Positions 53,108-64,000 of a stretch of DNA of 64,000 bases are shown piece by piece. The stretch lies in NCBI GenBank assembly GCA_951406725.2, contig OX597819.1:17856001-17920000 (forward strand), read 5' to 3'. A model generated the notes under the pieces. It was not told the origin of the DNA, did no database searches, and worked only from the letters and a program-made list of their open reading frames with translations. Both the position numbers and the translations under genes were made by a program. Positions within the stretch are counted from its first letter, which is position 1. Each line of letters opens with the position of its first letter. This DNA is from Octopus vulgaris. Lineage: Eukaryota.

Positions 53108-54413
53108 ACTATGAGACTCACAAATTGTGTTGACACCAGCCGCCCACGATCTCAGGAGGTTTCTCTCCATCTAATATATATGTGTCTTAGATCTCTGGAT
53201 GAAACACGGTTGGAAGATGAAATATAGTGCTAATCAATCGTAAAATGATACTAATGATACAACTTGAAGTGTTATTGTTGATTATATCGATATTACCTGA
53301 CAAACAGTCATTTTATCGTATCCTGCAGCGATGACAAAACAAACTCGTACCAGCAATATATATAATCTCAGGATTAAAATAGATGCAACACAATATGGCA
53401 AGGGTAGTCTAATGGTTCTTCACATTCAACAATGTACGTCACTTTTCTGTCTCTGTGTGAGTGTAAATACAGAGAAATATGTGAGCATGTACGTATGTCT
53501 GTCTATACGTATATATGTAGGTGTATTCAGGAAATATTTTTTATATAAAATTTCAGTGAAACGATTTTAAAATACCAAATGGAAACATTTAACAAAATTT
53601 TAAAAAAAATCAAAAAATCAAAAAAAGGCCTTCAATTTGTCAAATTTTAAGTAAATTTGCCTTCTCATTAATATTGTTTAAACTAAATATTCACAGCAAA
53701 TATCTGGCGTCATGGGAAGCAACCATGATGTTAGTTTTGAAATTCAATTAATCAAACAATATTTGATTATTTGCCGATATGTTGGAATCGTCTGAGAACT
53801 AAATATAAATCGTTATCGGATTAAATAGTATATTCCATGATAATTTGTCTGTATATTTACCGCATCATAACTTTCAGGGTAATTAGAGGGAAATCTAAAA
53901 ATATAACTTTGAAACTAAAACGCTATTACCTCATTAACTCTAATAGATTAATAGATATAACAATTATGGGATGAGAAATAGAATTATGTAAATGTTTTGT
54001 AGCCAGAAAATTCTAATAGTTCATTATGAAGTGTAGATCATATCAATATTTATCAACGAAAAAATAGCAACCCCGGATAGAAAATACAACGCAGGCATTC
54101 ACACAAATATACGAATTCACACAGACACACAGACACACATGCACAGACAGACACAAACACGTAATAATAATGGTTGGGATTTTCGATTCCTGATCATATT
54201 GTCATGGCTTCAATTGGTGGACTGGACTGCAGGTTATGGCCTTATGCAAGACATCATAGTTCAAATTGCTATGGGGTCAGTATTAAGAGGATATCAACCA
54301 ATCTCTGACGCAGATCTCTCTCTCTCTCTCACATTAACTCCAGATTTCATATTCTGGATGTGACACCAGATCAAGTGTATTGGTGGAGGTGTCGCGCGAA
54401 ACTTCGCAAATAG

Positions 54414-54710
54414 GAGGAGCACAACTATTCAACTATTCAACTATTCAACTCCATTCCGGTACATGTCAGAAATCTATCAGGATGCAGTGTGGAATCATTC
54501 AAATTGCAGCTGGATAGATACTTAAGCACCATTAGAGATGAACCCCATCTCCCAGGATATACACAACGAGCACAAACTGACCCAAACTCGCTCCTACACG
54601 TGTCAAAATTAAACAGAGAATACAACCTGGCAACCACACCAGCCTCTGAGGGTGGAGTCTTCGACTTGGCCTGAGCATGGACTCAAACTCAAATGAAATG
54701 AAATGAAATG
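54414..54710 (+). mobile_element. 5'-truncated APE-RT LINE of a related family with a (GAAAT)n tail
   Basis: GAQLFNSIPVHVRNLSGCSVESFKLQLDRYLSTIRDEP..NSLLH is homologous to the ORF2 C-terminus. Possible TSD aaatag at 54408-54413 and 54711-54716. Confidence 0.8.
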
Positions 54711-54865
54711 AAATAGCGCTCGTATATGTATGTGTCTGAGAGGAAGGCGGGCACGTGCCAATCACGTTCGCTTGAATCTCATTCTCTATCTCATACACGT
54801 TTCTAGAATTCCTTTTCCCCCCTCTGAGATAGACTTTTTACACCACAGGGATCTATCATCAGCGC

Positions 54866-54941
<76 letters not shown>

Positions 54942-54944
54942 GTT

Positions 54945-55152
54945 TCGAATTTTGGCACAAGGCCAACAATTTTTTGGGTAGAGATCAATCGGTTTCATCG
55001 AACTCCAGTGTACAGCTGGTATTTATTTTATTGATCCCGAAAGGAGGAAAGGCTCAGTCGACCTCAGCGGAATTTGAACTCAGAAAGGCGGATAAAATTC
55101 CGCTAATCATTTTGCTCGGTTGGCCTAACTATTCTGCCAGCTCTACGCCTTA
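54945..55152 (-). mobile_element. SINE family A variant ending in (TAT)n
   Basis: Reverse complement head, gagttcaaattcc B-box and core are present. Confidence 0.75.
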
Positions 55153-55190
55153 ATGTGTCTAAGCCTTCTAAATGCTGTATTCCTTTCCCG

Positions 55191-55560
55191 TGGAGGTGCA
55201 TTGGCCCAATGGTTAGGGCAACGTAGGATCGCGGTTTCGATTCCCAGACCGGGCGTTGTGAGTGTTTATTGAGCGAAAATACCTAAAGCTCCGCGAGGCT
55301 TCGGCAAAGGGTGGTAGCGAACCCTGCTGTACTCTTTCACCACAATTTTCTCTCACCCTTTCTTCCTGTTTCTGTTGTACCTGTATTTCAAAGGGCCAGC
55401 CTTGTCACTCTCTGTGTCACGCTGAATCTCCCCGAGAACTACGACAAAGGTATACGTATCTGTAGCGTGCTCAGCCACTTGCACGTTAATTTCACGAGCA
55501 GTCTGTTTCGTTGATCGGATCAACTGGAACCCGCGTCGGCGTAACCGACGAAGTGCTCCT
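55191..55560 (+). mobile_element. tRNA-derived SINE family G2
   Basis: Head and body shared with 52810-52985, different 3' part. Confidence 0.8.
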
Positions 55561-56712
55561 TATATATATACAGATCATTGTTTTCGGACTAATACCGCTT
55601 CTGTTTCTAATAACGAATGTTTGGGAAATAAACGTTTTAGACAAATCAGAATGATGGTCTTAACATTAAATCCAATTCACATTTTGAGAATCTTTATGTC
55701 ATTGTCCTTGACGTTAGAGCTAAATATGGTTACATGTTTGGACATCAATAACATTATCTTTTAAAAACAATGGGAGTGTCTACGTAGCGTTGAGGGTCGT
55801 TTGGTTTTATGCTACTTGATATACAATCATGGTCTTGATTTTCAGAGCTTGCAAGAAAGAAGGATGTAGGGCGGTGGATCAATGCCTTTTTTAATATCCG
55901 GGCCTGGACCCAAACCTGGATTATCATTTTGTGGGGTGTGGAGCACCATAAGAATGTAGATCACAAGTCAATTAAAGAAAAATATTATGTTTATAGAGGG
56001 AAGGCCGTCGAGGGCCGCTAAAAGGGTGATCGGAAGCTGCCTGAGGACCAGTTAAGAACCACCGGTGTGGAGAGTTCTAGAGATTTATACAAAAGAGTTT
56101 AAAAGCGCACGCGTGTGTGTGAAAGAGAGAGAGAGAAAGAGAGAAACGGAGAGGGAGAGAGGGGGAGAGTGAGTAAGAAATGGAGAGAGAGAATGGTAAA
56201 ATAACATGTTTGTCGTTGAAGAAGTGAAATGATTTCTAAAAAATATAATTTTGAGAGAAAACAAAAAGAGAAAAGTGTGTGTGTGTGTGTGTGTGTGTAT
56301 GTGTTTTTTTTTTTTAAATGGGCAAAAACATAACAATAAACAGAGCAGGCAAACGAACATGCATGTTTAATTAAAGCGCATACTTGTATTTCATTTATCA
56401 TAATTAATGGTCTGTCTATTGATATTCGTTGATGAATCTTCTTAATTAATACATATTCGCTCAATCGTTGATGTAGCGGCAATAATCATCATCATCATCA
56501 TCATCAACATCGTCATCGGCGGCGGCGATGGTGGTTGTGGCGGCAGTGGTAGCGGCGATGGCGGGAGCGGAGGCGGCGGAGATGGCGGCTGCGGTGGTGG
56601 CGGTGGTGGCGGTAACAGTGGCGGCAGAGACATCATCAGCAACAAAATGAAGACAAACACTATGTTCAGCTTCATTCCTATTTCTATTTTTAATATTCAT
56701 TAGTCAACAGAA

Positions 56713-56830
56713 TCGTCATCATCATCATCGTCATCGTCGTCGTCGTCATCATCATCGTCATCATCATCATCATCGTCATCATCATCATCATCATCATTAT
56801 CATCATCAACATCATCGTCATCTTCGTCAT

Positions 56831-56863
<33 letters not shown>

Positions 56864-56988
56864 CATCAACATCATCAACATCATCGTCATCTTCGTCATC
56901 ATCATTATCATCATCATCATCATCATCATCATCATCTTCATCATCATCATCATCATCGTCATCATCATCGTCATCTTCGTCATCATCG

Positions 56989-57021
<33 letters not shown>

Positions 57022-57127
57022 TCGTCATCGTCGTCGTCGTCATCATCATCATCATCATCATCATCACCATCATCACCATCATCATCATCATCATCATCAT
57101 CAACATCATCGTCATCTTCGAATTCAC

Positions 57128-57171
<44 letters not shown>

Positions 57172-57292
57172 ACATCATCATAATCATCATCATCATCATC
57201 AACATAATCATCATCATCATCATTATCATCAACATCATCATCATCAACATCATCATCATCATCATCATCATCAACATCATCATTATCATCAA

Positions 57293-57348
<56 letters not shown>

Positions 57349-57349
57349 A

Positions 57350-57381
<32 letters not shown>

Positions 57382-57409
57382 ACATCATCATCATCATCAT
57401 CAACATCAG

Positions 57410-57468
<59 letters not shown>

Positions 57469-57570
57469 ACATCATCATTATCATCAACATCATCATTATC
57501 ATCAACATCATCATTATCATCAACATCATCATCATCAACATCATCAACATCACTATCATCACCTTCATCA
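56713..57570. repeat. About 860-bp (CAT)n microsatellite with CGT/CAA variants
   Basis: Read directly. Confidence 0.95.
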
Positions 57571-57740
57571 GCGAACTAACAGAATCGTTAGCAACCCCGG
57601 GGCAAAAGGCTGAGCTGCATTTCTTCCCATTTAACTTTCCGAATTCAGATCTCGCTGGAGTTGACTTGGCCGTTCATTGTTCCGGGGATCATCAAAACAG
57701 TGAAATCGTCAAACACTCGGATCGATGTAATCGATTTGCA
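57570..57740 (+). mobile_element. SINE family A, highly diverged
   Basis: cagaatcgttagca head and gatcgatgtaatcga end. Confidence 0.55.
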
Positions 57741-58688
57741 CCCACCACCACCACCACCGCCACGACCAAAAAATTGTTTTGAGCCTCGCCATTCACCGCT
57801 AATATGTCCTATACATACATACATACATACACGCATACATACATACATACATACATAAATACACACACACATACATACATACATACACACATGCATACAT
57901 ACATACATACATGTATGCATACATACATACATACATACACACACACACATACATACATACATGCATACATACATGCATACATGCATACATGCATACATGC
58001 ATACATGCATACATACATACACACACACATACATACATACATACATACATGCATACATACATACATTGACATGTGGTGTGGCGGTGGTGTTGGTGGGTGC
58101 TAATCGATTAAATCGATCCGAGTGTTTGACGATCTCAGCGTTTCCTATCCACTGCCCCTCCTCCTCCTCTCCTTCTCCTTCTCCTCCTCTTCCTATTCCT
58201 CCTTCTCCTCTCTCTCCTCCTCCTCTTCCCCCTCACCCCTCATCTCCGCTCTCCCCTCACCCCTCATCTCCTATCTTTCCCTCCTCTCTCTTCTCTCCCC
58301 CTCTCACTCTCCTCACAACCCCCACTCTACCCCAACCCCCAGCCGAACTCACACCCCAAATGGGCTTTCCGCACTCTCGCCCCCACCTCCCCACAACATC
58401 ACACCACACCACACTACACCTTACGACTTGACACATCACATCACAACTCACCACCCGCTGCACACCGCCCACATTACACATCATATCACAACACACCACC
58501 CACAGCACACCGCCCACACATCCATCCCCACATCTTTACACTTACACATACATACACGTATCATATCACAACACACCACCCACACACCCATCCCCATATC
58601 TCCACACCCACACATACATACACACGTCCAGACCACCAGCCCTCTTTCACACGCACATACATACTCTCTTATACACGCACGCACCATC

Positions 58689-58980
58689 GTGTTGGGGCCA
58701 CCTTCGTTTTGGGAGTCACTAGTAGGGGAGTCATCTCCCCTACTATCACTCTAGCGTCTAACGTCTGACCTCTGACCTCTGACTTCTGCCTGAAGTCAGA
58801 ACGCCGTGATAGACCATTAGCTCCTACACGCATTTTTTCCTTCCTTGTTTCTCTCCTTGTTTCTTTTCTGAATATATTTCTGTTGAAGAGCGTAGGCTCG
58901 AAACGTAAAAGACTTGTTCTATTTCTATTCCTGAGCCCCATACTAATACCTTTGTTTGTTTGTACTCCACCTGCCTTCGC
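58689..58980 (+). mobile_element. Family C element (motif 58877-58910)
   Basis: UUU-CUGUUGA-A-GAGC GUAG GCUC-GAAAC-GUA-AAA. The 5' part is homologous to the reverse complement of 43668-43751. Confidence 0.78.
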
Positions 58981-59120
58981 CGGACAGCCAGATAGATATC
59001 TAATCTAAATAAGCTGCACGTGATGTATGTGGGTGCGTGTATATGCTTACGTGTGTGTTACAGTTGGAACACATACGTGAAGCATATTCGGGTACAATCA
59101 AACGCATGTTCACTCCAATT

Positions 59121-59152
<32 letters not shown>

Positions 59153-59574
59153 TGTATGTATGTATGTATGTATGAGTATATATATATATATATATTTATA
59201 TCTTTCTATATGTACGTAAACATTCAGGCACATAGTTATATATAACTGCCGCCATATGCACACGTACAGAGCCGTAAGCCCAAATAAATACATGTATAGA
59301 CCTAACAATGTAGGTGTGTCCATGCGCATACGTGGGTGTACATGCGTGTGTGTATATGCTTGTGAATGTGTCTGAGTGTGTGTATATGTATACTGTTCTC
59401 TGTTATCATATACGATAATTTCTCAGAGCCCAAGGGACATATTGACATTTTAGATATACCATTCCCCAACTATTTATTCGCGCCACCATTTATTCGCCTT
59501 TACAATTTAAAACAAAATGTTTATATATCTGTGTTTATATGTATATCCATGTTACATTCTCTGTTTTACTTCGA

Positions 59575-59633
<59 letters not shown>

Positions 59634-59670
59634 CATATATGATAGTGGCACAACAATGCGCCAATATTTA

Positions 59671-59722
<52 letters not shown>

Positions 59723-60075
59723 GTATGTATGTATATATATATGCGTGTGTATGCCATTTCTTTTTATTTGATTGTGGATATTTCTATGGAAGTAGATTTA
59801 TTTTCGATTTCACATAATCCTCGTGAATATCGTGCGTAGGGAAAAAGGTAAAAGCAAATGATAGAAAAATAATGCTACAAGAATGTCAAGATATAAAAAG
59901 TTATAATAATAATCACAGTGATGATGGAGATGATGATGATGATGATTATGATGTTGATGATGATGACGAAGACGAGGAAAATTACGTCGAGAAAGAAGAA
60001 AGAATGCGGTCAACAGTGGCGTTAATGAACGCGATGGCCATATATAACGTACTGATTGATCTTTCATATGATGCC

Positions 60076-60111
<36 letters not shown>

Positions 60112-60860
60112 CATGGTGACGATCATGATGATGACGGTATCATTTCCTGGTTCAGATGTGAACAGATTCTTTTGCAATTCTCGGAAGAATTTCTCTTGGT
60201 ACCGTTTGAATATTTTGGGAATCGATATCTGGACATGGACCTTCGAATAGCATTTTAATTATTAAAACCTAGTCGTAGAATTTGGCCATCTTTCTTTATA
60301 AATATTAATCGTGAGCCGGACGATTGCTGTTTGTATGCCTATATGAAACATGCCGCCATTTGAATCGACAAAATTGGAATTAAAATCCTAAAGTTTTCGT
60401 AATTATGCTGGAAATACGGGAGATCTATTGGATGGATGCAAAAAAAATACAAGCAAGAATCTCTTGGACATTGTACTCTGAGATTTTAAACGAAGATAAG
60501 TGACGCCAAGAAACACAAACAGTGACTCTACGATCTTGCTTTCTCTCCTTCATCACAAAAACAACAAAACTACAAACAAAAAGCCATATTTGTAACAACA
60601 TTGAAAGCCTATGGTGTGGAACTAGTATAAGGGAAAAGAAGAGAAATGTGCTTTAGAAAAGTATTTGAAATAAAACGGGGGGAAAAAAACATCAGAAAAA
60701 AATAATGGTGGAAAGATGCCAGAGAAATAAACAAAAATCGGTTTGTCATGGTTGCCTTTAGTTTTTGAAAAGTATTTTATTTCTGTCAACATTTTTGTTT
60801 AGATTACTCTATGTTTTTTATGTGCTTACAATTAAATATAAACAAACAATTACATAATAT

Positions 60861-60909
60861 ATATAAACATATATAAACATATATAAACATATATAAACAT
60901 ATATAAACA
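60861..60909. repeat. 10-bp tandem repeat (atataaacat) x5
   Basis: Read directly. Confidence 0.9.
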
Positions 60910-60910
60910 A

Positions 60911-60951
<41 letters not shown>

Positions 60952-61007
60952 TTTATGTAAATATGTGTGTTCCTACAATTGTACTCTGTGTGTGGCTATA
61001 CATACAT

Positions 61008-61068
<61 letters not shown>

Positions 61069-61633
61069 CATATTTATACATGTGTATATGTACAATATTT
61101 TTATTTGGCAGTATTTTTTTTATTGCTAATAAAAAATATAGTGTCTATTTTGTATATAGATATCTTTATCTCTCATCTGTAAAACAAATATATAAATATA
61201 TTCAAAATTACGCATGCGTTTATAAACACACACACATTTTGGTATGTACATACAGGCATACATGCATACATACACACATACAGATATACATCCATATGTG
61301 CATTCACCTATGTATCTCTCTCTCTTTCTCTGTACATATATATATATATATATGCATGAATAAAACAACGTATTTCTTCCAGACACATAACTCTTAGTCA
61401 TGTTGGAATATAGAGCTGGTTGTTTCAATGGTTGGGTGTCAGTTCAAGTGGTTCCAGAATTACGCAAATTTATGGCAAGTGGCATCTGGCTTACTGTTGA
61501 GGAGCGCCGAATTTTTATATAGCTTTTATGTATTTATTTGTTAAGTTATTTCTTTTGGAATATCATTATGATAACTTTGTCAACGTAGTATTTATTACAT
61601 ATTTTCAATATTATCGTTGCTTACATTAAACTC

Positions 61634-61726
61634 CTTCTTCTTCTTCTTCTTCTTCTTCTTCTTCTTCTTCTTCTTCTTCTTCTTCTTCTTCTTCTTCTTC
61701 TTCTTCTTCTTCTTCTTCTTTTTCTT

Positions 61727-61757
<31 letters not shown>

Positions 61758-61797
61758 TTCTTCTTCTTCTTCTTCTTCTTCTTCTTCTTCTTCTTCT
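61634..61797. repeat. (TTC)n microsatellite
   Basis: Read directly. Confidence 0.95.
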
Positions 61798-62244
61798 CAC
61801 TTCTCTCAGTGTAGATCAGTAAGTCGGAGAAAAGGAATTCGAGAGAGTCCTTACTGTCTGTGTTCAGGGAAATTCGCACAGTGAGCTCTCTCGACGGCCC
61901 CTAGAAGTCCTTCACTATCAGTATGGCTAGGTCTCTATAACGTTTCCCACCACCATCACCTTTTGTATACGTCCCTTTTTTATTCAGTGGATACCGTCTT
62001 TACTTTTTCTTTTCGTTTTCATTTTTGTTTCCATTTTGTATATGTAGCCCACCATACACACATTAAATCTGTCTTTCTATTGTCCCCCTCATCTTTCGCA
62101 TAATCATCACCATTATCATGATCATGATCACTACGAGGATCATCATAATGACTACGTTGATCATCATCATCACCATCATCATCATTATTAATATTATTAT
62201 TATTATTATTATTATTATTGTTATTGTTATTATTATTATTATTG

Positions 62245-62625
62245 AGTGAGCGAGCAGAGCATGCCATCAAAGTGACACTGGGGTAAAATACAGAAGCCCA
62301 GTATACCCATCATGACTACCCGTCTGATAAGGGTACACAGGCACATGCATCACAACCATATGTGCGTGACATGGTGATCTCATATCAAGATAAACAGCAC
62401 ATGACCTTGCAGGTGGAGCCCAGTTAGAATTTTCTTCAGATCGAGTAACGCATCCCGCTCAAAAGGTCCCTGAATAAGGGTTATTTAAGGACGTTGAACG
62501 AAACACCCATGTTTCCAGAGGTGAATTATTCAAACCCCAAAGAATCCTTCTCAACATGGCTATGATGCCCCCCCACTACTCTCTGCTCGTGATCAGAGAT
62601 GCACATATCGTCAGCCACTAAGGGA

Positions 62626-62626
<1 letters not shown>
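62245..62626 (-). repeat. Dispersed repeat family F inside (TAT)n
   Basis: Homologous to 22850-23080, with (TAT)n on both sides. Confidence 0.75.
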
Positions 62627-62676
<50 letters not shown>

Positions 62677-62687
62677 TGCATCAGGGC

Positions 62688-62741
<54 letters not shown>

Positions 62742-62887
62742 CATCATCACCATCATTATTATTATTATTATTATTATTATTCATTATATTCATTATCTTT
62801 TTTCTTTCATTATTATTATTATTATTATTATTTTATTCATTATTATATTATTATATTATTATTATTATCATTATCATTATTATTATT

Positions 62888-62945
<58 letters not shown>

Positions 62946-63339
62946 CAGCAGCAGTAGTAGTAGTAGCAGTAGTAGCAGTACTGTTTATTGCTTTGTTGTT
63001 AATATAGCTTAGCTTGTTGAGTAATTTTTTATAACGTTTTCATATATTTCTCTTCGCAATGAAATGTAGATTACATAAAACTCGGCCACACTATCTCGCA
63101 TACAAAAGGTATTTACACAAAAGCCTGGCAAGAAAATGTATTCGTACACTAACACACGCATGCACACATAAACTCTGTCGTATGTACATACTGTCCTTTT
63201 CGAACCAGGAGCACACACGACGACAAAAAGTGTCACCGAACAGGTCACAAATGTGTGACGAAAGGTTTCCGGACAATGGACATGAACAAAAATAAGAAGT
63301 GTAGTAAACGAGTGAGGTGCAAATATATAGAGCGTCTCT

Positions 63340-63695
63340 CTCTCTTTTACTTGTTTCAGTCATTTAATCGAGCAACTCGACCCCGGGACTTATTCTTTTG
63401 TAAGCCCAGTACTTATTCTATCGGTCTCTTTTGCCGAACCGCTAAGGTTACGGGGACGTAATCACACCAGCATCGGTTGTCAAGCAATGCTAGGGGGACA
63501 AACATAGACACACAAACACACACACACACATATATATATATACATATATACGACAGGCTTCTTTCAGTTTCCGTCTATCAAATCCACTCACAAGGCTTTG
63601 GTCGGCCCGAGGCTATAGTAGAAGACACTTACCCAAGGTGCAACGCAGTGGGACTGAACCCGGTAAACAAGCTACTTACCACACAGCCACTCCTG
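63340..63695 (-). mobile_element. SINE family B
   Basis: Reverse complement of 19801-20210 with small deletions. Confidence 0.9.
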
Positions 63696-63809
63696 TTTGT
63701 TTTGCGAAAAAAAAACCAAAGCAGAAACACCCGTCGCTAAGTAGAGCAATATCTGTTTCAACACACGGATTCACACCAGGTGTTTTGCAACACAAATTCA
63801 TAAACGTAT

Positions 63810-63846
<37 letters not shown>

Positions 63847-64000
63847 AATATATAAATTTATATATGAGGATAATATCGATATTTAAGTGTCGAAATTATC
63901 AAGTGGCCAGCATGAAAGAAATACCTTTCAAAGGTAAAGAAATTTTTAACAATTAAAAATGAGGGTGTCTAAAAGACACCAACATGCCGAAATAGCAGTC

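Noticed and set aside
56442-57568. Poly-Pro and poly-Met ORFs
   Set aside because: Trinucleotide repeat artefacts.
57961-58754. 157-210 aa Pro/Ser/His-rich ORFs
   Set aside because: Low-complexity CT/CA-rich DNA.
59872-60258. Acidic 128 aa ORF
   Set aside because: Driven by (GAT)n, with no homology evident.

Overview
AT-rich, microsatellite-dense eukaryotic DNA, probably intergenic or intronic. The repeat content suggests an octopus or other coleoid cephalopod; this is inferred, not searched. No host exon can be supported, and most ORF-track entries are microsatellite artefacts. The window is a transposon mosaic. It holds a young, nearly intact 3.9-kb APE-RT LINE (CCCH-finger ORF1, one in-frame stop) nested in a Dong/R4-type REL-endonuclease LINE, plus three more Dong/R4 relics beside (AAT)n and two older 3' fragments of the APE-RT clade. 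It also holds about 18 tRNA-derived SINE copies of 4 families, three Tc1/mariner relics, a Chapaev3-type transposon and a MITE. The most notable signal is a set of about 12 minimal type I hammerhead-ribozyme folds, derived by hand, in Penelope-like tails that mostly end on (TA)n tracts. Three have a canonical CUGANGA core. One dispersed family has a fixed non-canonical CUGUNGA core, with stem I covariation against a sister family. There are also several long fold-back inverted repeats, and LINE/SINE 3'-tail sharing is visible within the window. All alignments and folds were done by eye, so boundaries are approximate.
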